A stretch of 64,000 bases of DNA from an uncultured Planctomycetales bacterium (GTDB lineage: Bacteria > Omnitrophota > Gorgyraeia > Gygaellales > Profunditerraquicolaceae): assembly GCA_964542785.1 (NCBI GenBank), contig CAZIUK010000004.1, positions 3,691 through 67,690 of the forward strand, read 5' to 3'. The first letter of the stretch is position 1. Each line of letters opens with the position of its first letter. Of this stretch, positions 18,417-28,718 are shown in pieces. Below the pieces are notes generated by a model. That model was not told the DNA's origin. It saw nothing but the letters and a program-made list of their open reading frames with translations, and did not search any database. Position numbers and translations under genes: made by a program.

Positions 18417-20489
18417 ATGAGTAATGATAAAATAAAGATTGAATTTAGCGGGCGTGATTTAATATTAGAAACAGGCAAGCTTGCCAAGCAGGCTAATGGC
18501 GCTGTAACTATAACTTATGGGGGAACTGTTGTTTTGGCGACTGCCTGCATATCGCCTGAGATAAAAGAGGGGCGTGATTTTTTCCCGCTTACCGTTGAGT
18601 ACCAGGAGAAGACTTATGCTGCTGGAAAAATACCCGGCGGTTTCTTTAAAAGGGAAGGAAGGCCATCGGAGAGCGAGATTCTTGCCGCTCGGTTAATAGA
18701 CCGTCCTATAAGGCCGTTATTCCCTAAGGGGATATTTAACGATGTGCAGGTAATGGCGATTGTTTTATCCAGCGATGGGCAAAATGACCCGGATATCTTA
18801 GCGGTTAACGCTGCCTCTGTTGCCTTGTCCATATCCGATATACCTTTTAATGGGCCACTTGTTGCTTGCAGGGTGGCTAGGGTTAATGGGGAGTTAATAG
18901 TTAACCCCACCTATACCCAGTTAGATAGCGCAGACTTAGAAGTGGTAATAGCAATGAATAATAAAGGCATTGTTATGCTTGAGTCAAGGGCAAATGAAGT
19001 CTCGGAAGAAGATTATATTAAAGCCGTTAGATTTGCGCAGCCATACTTAAAAGAATTGATAGCAATGCAGGAAGATTTTGCCGGTAGGTATGGTAAGAAA
19101 AAGTTGCAGGTTGAGCTTAAAAATATATCCTTAGAATTAAAAACTAAAGTAGAGGAGTTGTCAGGCCAGCGGTTAAGAGAGTCGTTTTCTCTTAGTAAAA
19201 AGGAAGAACGAGATGGCCTTATTCGCCTTTTGATTGAGGAGCTAGAAGAGAAGCTTTTGCCTGAAGGGTATTTAGCTGAAGATGTAAGAAGGGCTTTTTT
19301 AAATTTAGAGGAAGAGGGATTCAGGAATAAGGTATTGGAGTCTGGTAAGCGTTTGGATGGCAGGGATTTTAAAGAGATACGTCCGATTACCTGCGAAGTT
19401 GCTGTATTGCCGTGTACTCATGGTTCAAGTGTCTTTACCCGCGGGCAGACACAGAGTCTATGTGTCACCACTTTAGGTACTGGGGAAGATGAGCAGATGA
19501 TTGAAGCACTTGAGGGAGAGAAATACAAGAACTTCATGTTGCATTATAGTTTTCCTCCCTTTAGTGTAGGTGAGACCGGGCCTGTGCGCGGTCCAGGCAG
19601 AAGGGAGATAGGGCATGGGGCTTTAGCAGAAAAAGCCCTTTTATCAGTAATGCCTTCAAAGGATAGTTTTCCTTATACGGTAAGAGTTGTCTCTGAAATT
19701 TTAGAGTCTAACGGCTCTTCAAGCATGGCTACGGTTTGCGCCGCGGCTCTTTCGCTTATGGATGCAGGGGTTCCGATAAAAAGTCCTGTTGCCGGAGTAG
19801 CTTTGGGTTTGATAAAAGATAAGGATAAAGAGCTTATCCTTACTGATATAGCAGGGCTTGAAGACCATTTTGGAGATATGGATTTTAAGGTCGCAGGGAC
19901 AAAGTCTGGGATGACAGCGGTTCAGTTGGACCTGAAGATAGATGGGATATCTATAGAGTTATTAGAGAGGGCATTAGCCCAAAGTAAAGAAGCAAGGGAT
20001 TTTATTTTAGGGAAGATGAATGAGGTGTTGCCTAATTCTCGCGGACAGCTCTCTGTCTATGCCCCGCGCATTGATGTTTTAAAGATAAATACAGAGAAGA
20101 TAGGGGAGCTTATTGGCCCGGGGGGCAAGAATATAAAAGCGATTATCGCCTCAACAGGAGCAAGCGTAGATATTAAGGATGACGGCATGGTCTTGGTAGG
20201 CTCTACGGATGCTGCGAAATCAGAGGCGGCAATTAAGATGATTAAGGCTATAACCGATGATATTGAGGTTGGACGTATTTATACAGGTAAGGTAAAGCGC
20301 ATAATGCCCTTTGGCGCTTTTTGCGAGATTGCTCCGCGTAAAGAAGGCTTAGTGCATGTTTCTGAATTATCGGATAAGTTTGTCAAGAATGTAGAAGAGG
20401 TAGTCAAGATTGGCGATGAGATTAAGGTTAAGGTTATAGGTATAGATGAATTAGGCAGGATTAATTTAAGCCGTAAACAAGCCGAATAG
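18417..20489 (+). CDS. pnp: polyribonucleotide nucleotidyltransferase (PNPase)
   Basis: 690 aa with two RNase PH domains plus KH and S1 domains. Confidence 0.9.
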   Translation: MSNDKIKIEFSGRDLILETGKLAKQANGAVTITYGGTVVLATACISPEIKEGRDFFPLTVEYQEKTYAAGKIPGGFFKREGRPSESEILAARLIDRPIRPLFPKGIFNDVQVMAIVLSSDGQNDPDILAVNAASVALSISDIPFNGPLVACRVARVNGELIVNPTYTQLDSADLEVVIAMNNKGIVMLESRANEVSEEDYIKAVRFAQPYLKELIAMQEDFAGRYGKKKLQVELKNISLELKTKVEELSGQRLRESFSLSKKEERDGLIRLLIEELEEKLLPEGYLAEDVRRAFLNLEEEGFRNKVLESGKRLDGRDFKEIRPITCEVAVLPCTHGSSVFTRGQTQSLCVTTLGTGEDEQMIEALEGEKYKNFMLHYSFPPFSVGETGPVRGPGRREIGHGALAEKALLSVMPSKDSFPYTVRVVSEILESNGSSSMATVCAAALSLMDAGVPIKSPVAGVALGLIKDKDKELILTDIAGLEDHFGDMDFKVAGTKSGMTAVQLDLKIDGISIELLERALAQSKEARDFILGKMNEVLPNSRGQLSVYAPRIDVLKINTEKIGELIGPGGKNIKAIIASTGASVDIKDDGMVLVGSTDAAKSEAAIKMIKAITDDIEVGRIYTGKVKRIMPFGAFCEIAPRKEGLVHVSELSDKFVKNVEEVVKIGDEIKVKVIGIDELGRINLSRKQAE

Positions 20490-20510
20490 CTTTTAATTAT
20501 AGATTAGGCA

Positions 20511-22706
20511 GTGAGAGAAAAAAGGATAAATGAAATAAAGGGCGTAATATTAGTTGCGGTTGGCTTGATGGTCTTAGCCAGCCTCTTGAGGTTTGAGCGC
20601 CTTGATTTGCCGCTTTATACATCTCATCCGAATATCCCCCCAAAAAATCTTTTAGGAATATTTGGCGCTTACTTAGGAGAATTAGTAGTATTTTTGCTTG
20701 GCAGGCCGGTAAGTTTAGTCTTTCCGATTTTAATTATACTCCTTGGGGTTAAATTCTTTCGTCAGAAGAAACCTTATTTAAGTCTACCTAGGGTTTCGGG
20801 GATGCTGGTTTTACTTATCTCCTTAAGTTCTATTATTGGGATGTTTCATCTTACCAATGAAAGCCTTAGGTTTTATTATTCCGGGCTCTTTGGGGCGCTC
20901 TCCTCTAAGTTTATAACCACTTACTTTAGCCGGTTAGGAGGGTTTATTATTTTTATTACTTTTACCCTTCTTTCTTTAGCTTTAGTCACAGAGGCGCTTA
21001 TCTCATCTTTATTTTTACGTTATACAACAAGAGTAAAAGGCATTTTCTCTGCCTTATTGAGTATTCGTAAACGACCGTATAAGTATAAAGTTAAAGCAAC
21101 AATTAAAAAAGAGCCTGCGGTAGATTTTTTAAAGCAGAAGGCAGAAAAGGAGTTGCCTCAGCCTTTTAAGGCCCAACCGGTTATCAAACCAAAAATTCAG
21201 ATTAGTCTTAAACCTTCGACAGTAGAGGTTAAAGAGAAGGTGCGGGAGTTAAAGATAGGGGATTACCACCTGCCCTCATTAGAATTACTGGATGTTCCTC
21301 TTCCTCCTGAAGAACGGCAGATTAAAGAAGATTTAGAAGGAAATGCCAGGGTTTTAGAGGATACTTTAGGGGATTTTGGAATTTCAGCAAGGGTTACGGA
21401 CATTGAAAGGGGACCGATAATTACTAGGTATGAACTCGAGCCTGCCCCGGGAGTAAAATTAAGCCGTATTATAACCTTAAGTGATGATATCGCCTTAAAT
21501 ATGAAAGCCCAGTCAGTGAGGATTCTTGCGCCTATCCCGGGGAAGGATAGGGTTGGGATAGAGGTGCCTAATACCCAAGGAAATTTTGTCTATTTAAAAG
21601 AGGTCTTTTCTTCTTCTGAATTTCAATCTAATAAGGCTGCCTTAGCTCTTGCCTTAGGTAAAGATATTACCGGGAAGCCTGTGGTTACTGTTTTAGATGA
21701 TATGCCGCATTTATTGATTGCCGGGACTACCGGCTCAGGCAAGACCGTATGTGTTAATTCTTTAATTCTGTCTTTAATTTTTAGGAATTCTCCAGCGGAT
21801 TTAAAGTTTGTGATGATTGACCCGAAGATGGTGGAGCTTATGCCTTTTAACGGCTTGCCCCATCTTTTATGTCCTGTGGTTACTGATTCAAAGAAAGCCT
21901 ATACTGCCCTTAATTGGGTTGTCTCAGAGATGGAAGAGCGGTATCAGCTTTTAGCAAAGGTAAGTGCCAGAAATATAGAGTTATACAATGAAAAACAAGA
22001 AAAGGAGAAACAAGATAAGCTCCCCTACATAGTAGTTATAGTTGATGAGTTTGCTGACCTTATGAGCGTTGCGCGAGACCAGACTGAGACTGCGGTTCAG
22101 CGTTTAGCGCAGTTATCGCGCGCCGTGGGGATTCATCTTATACTTGCCACTCAGAGGCCCTCGGTAAATGTAATTACCGGAGTCATTAAGGCGAACCTTC
22201 CTGCGCGTATCTCTTTTAAGGTTGCTTCAAAAGTTGATTCGCGCACGGTTTTAGATATGAATGGAGCAGATAAACTCTTGGGGAAAGGGGATATGCTCTT
22301 TTTACGCCCCGGGGAATCCAAACCCATACGTATACAGGGAGCTTTAGTCGGAGATAAGGAGATAGAAAGGGTTGTTGCTTTTATAAAATCTCAGGCAGAG
22401 CCGGCTTACAATGAGCAGATATTAAAAGAGAAAGGAAAGACCGGGGTAAATAGTTCAGAGAAGGATGAGTTTTACGATGAGGCGGTTAAAATTATATTAG
22501 AAAGCAATCAGGCCTCGGTATCTATTCTCCAGCGAAGGATGCGTTTGGGTTACACGAGGGCTGCAAGGATTATTGATATGATGGAAGAAGAAGGATTGGT
22601 CGGTCCTTATGAAGGGAGTAAGCCGCGTAAGATTTTAGTTGACCGGGAGGCATATCTAAAGGGTGTTATCAAGGATATGCAAGGTGGTGGGCAGGATGAA
22701 CGTTGA
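20511..22706 (+). CDS. ftsK: DNA translocase FtsK/SpoIIIE
   Basis: N-terminal transmembrane helices, a linker, an ATPase domain with Walker A GTTGSGKT, and a C-terminal gamma winged-helix domain. GTG start. Confidence 0.85.
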   Translation: MREKRINEIKGVILVAVGLMVLASLLRFERLDLPLYTSHPNIPPKNLLGIFGAYLGELVVFLLGRPVSLVFPILIILLGVKFFRQKKPYLSLPRVSGMLVLLISLSSIIGMFHLTNESLRFYYSGLFGALSSKFITTYFSRLGGFIIFITFTLLSLALVTEALISSLFLRYTTRVKGIFSALLSIRKRPYKYKVKATIKKEPAVDFLKQKAEKELPQPFKAQPVIKPKIQISLKPSTVEVKEKVRELKIGDYHLPSLELLDVPLPPEERQIKEDLEGNARVLEDTLGDFGISARVTDIERGPIITRYELEPAPGVKLSRIITLSDDIALNMKAQSVRILAPIPGKDRVGIEVPNTQGNFVYLKEVFSSSEFQSNKAALALALGKDITGKPVVTVLDDMPHLLIAGTTGSGKTVCVNSLILSLIFRNSPADLKFVMIDPKMVELMPFNGLPHLLCPVVTDSKKAYTALNWVVSEMEERYQLLAKVSARNIELYNEKQEKEKQDKLPYIVVIVDEFADLMSVARDQTETAVQRLAQLSRAVGIHLILATQRPSVNVITGVIKANLPARISFKVASKVDSRTVLDMNGADKLLGKGDMLFLRPGESKPIRIQGALVGDKEIERVVAFIKSQAEPAYNEQILKEKGKTGVNSSEKDEFYDEAVKIILESNQASVSILQRRMRLGYTRAARIIDMMEEEGLVGPYEGSKPRKILVDREAYLKGVIKDMQGGGQDER

Positions 22707-23463
22707 GCCATTAAGCGAAAGATTAAAAAGGGCGCGCAAGGCAAAGGGGCTTACCTTAGAAGAGCTTCAAAAAAAGACTAAGGTACATATTAATATACTC
22801 AAGGCGATAGAGGGAGAATCGCTGACAAACCTAAGCCCCGTATATCTAAAAGGGTTTATTAAGATTTATTGCAATGCCTTAGGAGTTGATTATAAGGATT
22901 ATATCCCGGATAGCAAAGATGCTATTCTGCCAAAAGACAATAAAAAACAGGTTAAAGTTACGGGTTCTTTTTTGAAAAACGTAGAGGTAAAGCTAAATAC
23001 CTTAAAACCCAGTGGCCGTTTTAAAAAAAATATAGTTATTTTAATTGTCCTTTTTCTTTTGGTTTTATTTTTATTCAGGATAGTAGGGTGCATCTTTTTG
23101 AAATGTAGGCAGGTTAAAGATTTAAGCGCGCGTCAACAGGTTTCTGCCCCTGTGCCTTCACAGCCGCAAGCCTTGGCTATTCCAAAAGAAGCTATGGAGG
23201 GGGTAAGGCTGGTAGTTAGCGCTAAAGAAAGATGCCTTGTTTTTGTTAAAGTTGACGGTAGGGTAGCTTTTCATCGGCTCTTAGAAAAAGGAAGGTCTAA
23301 TACTTGGAGGGCTAAAGAAAGGATAGACCTCTCTTTGGGCAATGCCTCAGCTGTAGAATTAATAGTTAACGGAGAGCGCTTTACGAACTTAGGGGGCAAG
23401 AGGGGGCAGCCGCTTAATAATATAGTTATTACCGTAAAAGAAGGTTTAAAGATTCCCCGGTGA
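22696..23463 (+). CDS. RodZ-like cytoskeleton protein (XRE HTH + TM + DUF4115)
   Basis: N-terminal HTH (LSERLKRARKAKGLTLEEL), a single transmembrane segment and a C-terminal beta domain. ATG 22696 is preferred over the track's 22663 start. Confidence 0.65.
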   Translation: MNVEPLSERLKRARKAKGLTLEELQKKTKVHINILKAIEGESLTNLSPVYLKGFIKIYCNALGVDYKDYIPDSKDAILPKDNKKQVKVTGSFLKNVEVKLNTLKPSGRFKKNIVILIVLFLLVLFLFRIVGCIFLKCRQVKDLSARQQVSAPVPSQPQALAIPKEAMEGVRLVVSAKERCLVFVKVDGRVAFHRLLEKGRSNTWRAKERIDLSLGNASAVELIVNGERFTNLGGKRGQPLNNIVITVKEGLKIPR

Positions 23464-24716
23464 AAAGGAGAGTTGGCGTATTAAGCTTAGGGTGTCCCAG
23501 GAACTTAGTTGATACCGAGAGCATCTTAAGCCGGTTGTCGGATAAAGGATATAAAATAGTTGATATAGATAAAGCGCGCATAGCCTTGGTGAATACCTGC
23601 GCTTTTACTAAAGAGGCTAAAGAAGAGTCAATAGAAGTAATTTTAGATTTAATAGATTTAAAGAAGCAGGGAAAGGTTGATAAGATAATTATCTATGGTT
23701 GTTTGGCTCAACGCTACCAATGTTCTTTAGCCAAAGAGTTCCCTGAGGTAGATGCTTTTGTAGGCAGGGTTTCTTTAGATAATAGCGTTAATAAAGTTAG
23801 ACTTACCCCTAATCATTATGCATACCTTAAGATATGCGAGGGGTGTATAAATTATTGTAGTTTTTGTATCATACCTAAGATTAAGGGGAAGTTAACCAGT
23901 GCTTCCATAGCTTCAATATTAAAAAAGACAAAGGAGTTTAACCGTCAGGGCATATCAGAGCTAAACATTATAGGCCAAGATATTACCGCCTTTGGCTTGG
24001 ATTTAAAACCCCGCTCTTCTCTAACAGAGCTTCTTAAAAAGATATTAAAGGTTTCAAAGAATATCGGTTGGATAAGGCTTTTATACCTTTATCCTGAGAG
24101 AGTAACCGAAGAATTACTAAAAATAATAAGGAGTGAAGAGAGGGTTTGTAAATACATTGACTTGCCTATTCAGCACGTCAATAACCGTATCTTAAGGCTT
24201 ATGAATAGAAAGACGACTAAATCCCAAATTTTAAAATTAATAGAAAGGATCCGTAAGGCTATCCCCAATGTCTCCTTAAGGACGAGTATAATTGTAGGTT
24301 TCCCCGGAGAGAGGGAGAGAGAGTTTAAGGAGTTATTGGCTTTTATCAAAGAAGTTAAGTTTGAGCGCTTAGGGGCTTTTAAGTATTCCCGCGAAGAGGG
24401 GACGGTAGCGTATAATTTTCCGGGGCAGGTTTTAGAAACGGTTAAAACCCAAAGGTTTAATGAGGTAATGTCTTCTCAGAGCGAAGTCGCCAGTTTGGTT
24501 AACAGCAAATCTTTAGGCGGCATCTTAAAGGTTTTAATTGAAGAGCGCAACAAAGACGGCTACATTGGGCGTACAGAATTTGACGCCCCTGAGGTTGACG
24601 GGTTAGTATATGTTAAATCTAAATTTAAGCTTAACCCCGGTGATTTTGTTAAAGTAAAGATTATAGATACCTTAGAGTATGATTTAGTAGGGGAGGTGCA
24701 AGATGAACTTAGCTAA
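23460..24716 (+). CDS. rimO: ribosomal protein S12 methylthiotransferase RimO
   Basis: N-terminal GVLSLGCPRNLVDTE (RimO-type GCPxN), a radical-SAM CxxxCxxC (CINYCSFC) and a C-terminal TRAM domain. Confidence 0.8.
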   Translation: MKRRVGVLSLGCPRNLVDTESILSRLSDKGYKIVDIDKARIALVNTCAFTKEAKEESIEVILDLIDLKKQGKVDKIIIYGCLAQRYQCSLAKEFPEVDAFVGRVSLDNSVNKVRLTPNHYAYLKICEGCINYCSFCIIPKIKGKLTSASIASILKKTKEFNRQGISELNIIGQDITAFGLDLKPRSSLTELLKKILKVSKNIGWIRLLYLYPERVTEELLKIIRSEERVCKYIDLPIQHVNNRILRLMNRKTTKSQILKLIERIRKAIPNVSLRTSIIVGFPGEREREFKELLAFIKEVKFERLGAFKYSREEGTVAYNFPGQVLETVKTQRFNEVMSSQSEVASLVNSKSLGGILKVLIEERNKDGYIGRTEFDAPEVDGLVYVKSKFKLNPGDFVKVKIIDTLEYDLVGEVQDELS

Positions 24717-25281
24717 CAAACTAACTATGGCAAGGATTTTACTTACTTTTGTTTTTATGCTCGTTTTCTCCCGGCAAGGGTTATTGCCTAAGGTATTTGC
24801 TTTTATTATTTTTATAGTTGCAGCCCTCTCGGATTTATTTGACGGTATGATTGCTAAGAAGAAGAATATGGTTACTGACTTTGGGAGGCTGATGGATCCT
24901 ATAGCTGATAAGATACTTGTTTTGGCTGCATTTGCGGTTTTTTTAGAGATGCAGATTATAGAGTCGTGGATGTTTATAATTATTGTCTCAAGGGAGATAC
25001 TGATTACTTCATTGCGGCTCTTTGCCCTTAATAAGGGGAAGATTCTCTCTGCTGTCCGCGCAGGAAAACATAAGACATTTTCGCAGATGGCGGTAATATT
25101 TTACATTCTAACTTTTATTACCCTAAAAGAGTTTGTTAAAACATACTCTGAGTGGAATCCTGTTTGGGAGGATTTTTTTAAAAAGAGTATAGGCATATTT
25201 ATGCTCATTACCGTAGGTCTAACTCTTTATTCAGGAGTATCTTATTTGTGGGAGAATCGTAAGGTTATCACAAAACTTTAA
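24703..25281 (+). CDS. pgsA: CDP-diacylglycerol--glycerol-3-phosphate 3-phosphatidyltransferase
   Basis: CDP-alcohol phosphatidyltransferase motif (DGMIAKKKN...GRLMDPIADK) in a membrane protein. Confidence 0.8.
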   Translation: MNLANKLTMARILLTFVFMLVFSRQGLLPKVFAFIIFIVAALSDLFDGMIAKKKNMVTDFGRLMDPIADKILVLAAFAVFLEMQIIESWMFIIIVSREILITSLRLFALNKGKILSAVRAGKHKTFSQMAVIFYILTFITLKEFVKTYSEWNPVWEDFFKKSIGIFMLITVGLTLYSGVSYLWENRKVITKL

Positions 25282-25742
25282 TGTTTAAAATTTTAGTAAG
25301 ATTACTGGGTACTTTTTTTTATATAGGTTATCTGCCTCTTATCCCCGGGACATTTGGAAGTTTAGCAGGGTTAGCTCTCTACCTTCTTACGCAAAAAAAC
25401 CCTTGGGTCTATTTATCTCTTACGTTCTTACTTACCATTATAGGGTTTTGGATTTCTAATAGAGCTGAAAAGTTGATGGAGAGGAAGGATCCTCCTTGCG
25501 TGGTTATAGATGAAGTTTGCGGTATGCTTGTAAGCCTGCTTTTTATTCCTTTTAACTTAAGGCTTTTGATCATTGCTTTTGTATTTTTCCGTATCCTTGA
25601 TACCTTAAAGCCATTTCCTTCCGGAAGGCTGGAGAAGCGCGGGGGAGGAATTGGGATCATGTCGGATGATTTGATTGCAGGTATTTATACTAACCTTATA
25701 CTTCAAACCGTTTTAAGGCTAATCTCTTTTAAAATTTCGTAA
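25281..25742 (+). CDS. pgpA: phosphatidylglycerophosphatase A
   Basis: PgpA signature (LPLIPGTFGSLAG) in a membrane protein. Confidence 0.8.
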   Translation: MFKILVRLLGTFFYIGYLPLIPGTFGSLAGLALYLLTQKNPWVYLSLTFLLTIIGFWISNRAEKLMERKDPPCVVIDEVCGMLVSLLFIPFNLRLLIIAFVFFRILDTLKPFPSGRLEKRGGGIGIMSDDLIAGIYTNLILQTVLRLISFKIS

Positions 25743-25889
25743 ATCGGCCCGCTATTAGTTAATATACTTTTAAATATTGTAATCTTATCTATCAGGGATT
25801 TTACTCTGTCTAATGTTATATAAGAAGAAAATCCTTTCCTCTCTTTTGTTCCTTTAGGTAATTTAATAGCAATGAATGCTCTCTTGGAT

Positions 25890-26369
25890 TTATTTTAGGA
25901 TGGATTTTAGTAATTTTAAGGAGCTTAGGGATGCTTGGTTTCTTATTGAAGAGCGCTTGCCTTTAAATAAAAACTTTTTAGAGATAACCTTTTTATTATT
26001 TGATACTGCGATAAATACTGTTCCTACGGGTTTATCGGCTGTTGCGCCTGTTGGCCCAGCAATGCCGGTTATCCCTATACTGTAGTCTGTTTTTGCTATG
26101 CGGCGTATCGAGTGCGCCATTTTTTCTGCTACCTCTTTAGACACCGCACCTTTTTTTACTATTAGTTTAGCTGGAATGCCTAATATTTTTGTCTTTGATT
26201 TATTACTATAAGTAATTACTCCTAAGATAAAGTATCTTGAGCTTCCGGGCAAATCAGTAAGTATTTTTGAGGTTAAGCCTCCAGTGCAGGATTCAGCAAC
26301 TGATAGAGTTTTTTGCGTACAGAGGAGCCTGTTGTATATATATACCCTAATTCTATCCATCTTAAACAA
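25890..26369 (-). CDS. CinA C-terminal domain protein / nicotinamide-nucleotide amidohydrolase PncC-like
   Basis: 159 aa with the LSVAESCTGGL...GITGIAGPTGA motif. Stand-alone C-domain gene on the opposite strand. Confidence 0.75.
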   Translation of the reverse strand: MFKMDRIRVYIYNRLLCTQKTLSVAESCTGGLTSKILTDLPGSSRYFILGVITYSNKSKTKILGIPAKLIVKKGAVSKEVAEKMAHSIRRIAKTDYSIGITGIAGPTGATADKPVGTVFIAVSNNKKVISKKFLFKGKRSSIRNQASLSSLKLLKSILK

Positions 26370-26393
26370 ATATTATAAGCCCCTTTAAAGATA

Positions 26394-26421
26394 TTGACAA
26401 GGTTAGTTTTTCTGTTATACT
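26394..26421 (+). promoter_or_regulatory. sigma70-like promoter TTGACA-N16-TATACT driving the FMN riboswitch/rib operon
   Basis: Hexamers at 26394-26399 and 26416-26421; the predicted start site falls just before the riboswitch P1 helix. Confidence 0.4.
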
Positions 26422-26431
26422 AATAATCAAT

Positions 26432-26591
26432 TAATCTTCAGGGCAGGGTGAGATTCCCGACCGGCGGTTAAGCCCGCAAGCCTGCTATGATAAAGGCAGG
26501 CAGATTTGGTAAGATTCCAAAGCCGATAGTTAAAGTCTAGATGGAAGAAGATTAGCTTTATTATGCCCGAAGATTTTTTTCGGGTTTTTTT
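26432..26591 (+). promoter_or_regulatory. FMN riboswitch (RFN element) with intrinsic-terminator expression platform
   Basis: Conserved aptamer blocks AATCTTCAGGGCAGGGTGAGATTCCCGACCGGCGGTTAAGCCCGCAAGC ... GGCAGATTTGGTAAGATTCCAAAGCCGATAGTTAAAGTCTAGATGGAAGAAGATT, with P1 pairing 26434-26439 to 26547-26552. This is followed by the hairpin CCCGAA-gattttt-TTCGGG and T7 (26566-26591). Confidence 0.85.
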
Positions 26592-26607
26592 GTTAAAAGG
26601 AGCTTTT

Positions 26608-27819
26608 ATGTTGCATAGCATACCAAAGATTCTTGAAGATTTAAAAAATGGAAAGATGGTTATAGTTGTTGACGATGAAGGCCGTGAAAACGAAGGCGAT
26701 TTGGTTATGGCGGCTTCCTTTGCTAAGCCGGAGCATATTAATTTCATGGCTAAGTTCGGCCGCGGGCTTATCTGCGTTCCTATGGAAGAAAATAGGCTCA
26801 ATGAGTTGGGCTTAAGCATGATGTTAAAAGATACAAGCATGGCGCATCATAAAGACCCATTTTCTACTGCCTGGGTTATTTCAGTAGACGCTGCCTTAGG
26901 CATAACTACCGGTATATCTGCTTTTGACCGTTCGCGCACTATTGAGGTTTTGATTAATCCTTTATCTAAACCTGAGGATTTAGTCCGTCCGGGGCATATC
27001 TTTCCTTTAAGGGCGCGCTCAGGCGGGGTATTAGTGCGCGCAGGGCATACAGAGGCAACAGTTGACCTTATGTGCCTTAGCGGGCTTTATCCTGCAGGGG
27101 TAATATGCGAGATAATGAATGACGATGGAAGTATGAGTCGTATGCCTGACTTATTAGAGTTTTCTAAAAAGCACGGGTTAAAGATATGCTCAATAGCTAA
27201 CCTTATTGAATACCGCAGAAGATCTGAGAAGTTAGTTAAAAGGGTAACCGAGACTATCCTGCCTACTGAGTTTGGCAAGTTTAATCTAATAGTATTTGAG
27301 GACCTTACCAATAATAAGATTCATACGGCTTTAACTTTGGGCAAATGGGAAGATGAGCCGGTCTTAGTGCGTGTGCATTCAGAGTGCTTAACTGGGGATG
27401 TCTTTGGCTCTTTGCGTTGCGACTGCGGAAACCAGTTAAAAAAGGCGATGCAGGCAATATCAAAAGAAGGTAAAGGGGTAGTTCTTTATATGAACCAAGA
27501 AGGGCGCGGTATAGGACTTGTAGATAAAATCCGCGCTTATAGCCTTCAGGATAAGGGTATGGACACAGTAGAGGCAAATGAGGCATTAGGGCATAAGCCT
27601 GATTTAAGGGATTACGGTATTGGCGCTCAGATATTAGTGGATCTAGGGGTAAAGAATATCCGGCTCTTTACTAATAATCCACGTAAGATTATAGGTTTAG
27701 AAGGATACGGCCTTACCGTAGTAGAGAGGGTTCCTTTAGAGATTAAGCATAATCCTTCTAATTATAAGTATTTAAAAACAAAAAAAGAAAAATTAGGGCA
27801 CAACCTAAAGCTTGAATAA
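26608..27819 (+). CDS. ribBA: bifunctional 3,4-dihydroxy-2-butanone-4-phosphate synthase / GTP cyclohydrolase II
   Basis: DHBP synthase N-terminal half and GCHII C-terminal half (CxxC...C zinc site, HSECLTGD...CDCG). ATG 26608 with ribosome-binding site AAAAGGAG; the track's 26563 start overlaps the riboswitch terminator. Confidence 0.9.
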   Translation: MLHSIPKILEDLKNGKMVIVVDDEGRENEGDLVMAASFAKPEHINFMAKFGRGLICVPMEENRLNELGLSMMLKDTSMAHHKDPFSTAWVISVDAALGITTGISAFDRSRTIEVLINPLSKPEDLVRPGHIFPLRARSGGVLVRAGHTEATVDLMCLSGLYPAGVICEIMNDDGSMSRMPDLLEFSKKHGLKICSIANLIEYRRRSEKLVKRVTETILPTEFGKFNLIVFEDLTNNKIHTALTLGKWEDEPVLVRVHSECLTGDVFGSLRCDCGNQLKKAMQAISKEGKGVVLYMNQEGRGIGLVDKIRAYSLQDKGMDTVEANEALGHKPDLRDYGIGAQILVDLGVKNIRLFTNNPRKIIGLEGYGLTVVERVPLEIKHNPSNYKYLKTKKEKLGHNLKLE

Positions 27820-27834
27820 AAAAGGAGGAGTAAG

Positions 27835-28302
27835 ATGATAAAAGTAGTTGAAGGGGATTTGATTGGTAGGGGTAAGAAGTTTGGCATTGTAGCTTCGCGC
27901 TTCAATGATTTTATGACTAAAGAGTTAGTAGCAGGCTGTACGGATACGCTCTTAAGACACGGGGTAAAAGAAGATGATATTCTTGTTTCTTGGGCTCCCG
28001 GTGCTTTTGAACTTCCTTTGGTGGCAGGGAAAATGGCCAAGACAAAGTCTTTTAACGCGCTTATCTGTCTTGGGACAGTTATCCGCGGGGCTACGCCTCA
28101 CTTTGATTATATAGCTTCTGAGGTAGCTAAAGGTATAGCCAAGGTATCTATTGATACCGGGGTACCTGTGATATTTGGGGTTATAACCGCTGATACTATT
28201 GAGCAGGCAATTGAGCGCGCAGGGACTAAGGATGGGAATAAAGGGCGCGACTCTGCCTTATCTGCTATTGAAATGACAAACCTTATGGAGAAGATTAAAT
28301 AA
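27835..28302 (+). CDS. ribH: 6,7-dimethyl-8-ribityllumazine synthase
   Basis: 155 aa with typical RibH sequence (FGIVASRFN...APGAFELP). Confidence 0.9.
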   Translation: MIKVVEGDLIGRGKKFGIVASRFNDFMTKELVAGCTDTLLRHGVKEDDILVSWAPGAFELPLVAGKMAKTKSFNALICLGTVIRGATPHFDYIASEVAKGIAKVSIDTGVPVIFGVITADTIEQAIERAGTKDGNKGRDSALSAIEMTNLMEKIK

Positions 28303-28718
28303 TGCGCAAAAGAACCCTTGCCCGGGAATTAGCGATGCAGATTCTTTATCAGGTGGATGTTACCCACGATGCATCCAAAACCGCTATTGATAACTTTTGG
28401 GCATCTTCTATTTTAAAGGATACCGATGAGAGCGTTAAGGCATTCTCTTTGAGGCTTGTAAGCGGGGTTATTGCCAATATAGAAGAGATAGACAAGAAGA
28501 TAACCGAATACGCGCAGAACTGGAAGCTTGAGCGTATGGCAATAGTAGATAGGAATATAATGCGTTTGGGCTGTTTTGAGCTTGTCTATTGTGAGGATAT
28601 CCCTGCAAAGGTTTCTATTAATGAGGCGGTAGATTTAGCTAAGAAGTTTTCAGGCGCAGAATCCGGCAAATTCGTCAATGCTATCCTCGATAAGGTCAAG
28701 CCTAAGGAGAAGAAGTGA
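28302..28718 (+). CDS. nusB: transcription antitermination factor NusB
   Basis: 138 aa with the conserved ARELAMQILYQ N-terminus. TAATG overlap with ribH. Confidence 0.85.
   Translation: MRKRTLARELAMQILYQVDVTHDASKTAIDNFWASSILKDTDESVKAFSLRLVSGVIANIEEIDKKITEYAQNWKLERMAIVDRNIMRLGCFELVYCEDIPAKVSINEAVDLAKKFSGAESGKFVNAILDKVKPKEKK

Noticed and set aside
22663-22695. Track start of the RodZ-like gene inside the ftsK 3' end
   Set aside because: An internal ATG at 22696 gives the typical HTH N-terminus (MNVEPLSERLK...). The longer form is an ORF-finder extension.
26563-26607. Track start of ribBA ([15 protein letters not shown]...)
   Set aside because: This overlaps the FMN riboswitch terminator hairpin and T-run. 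ATG 26608, with AAAAGGAG seven nt upstream, is the credible start.
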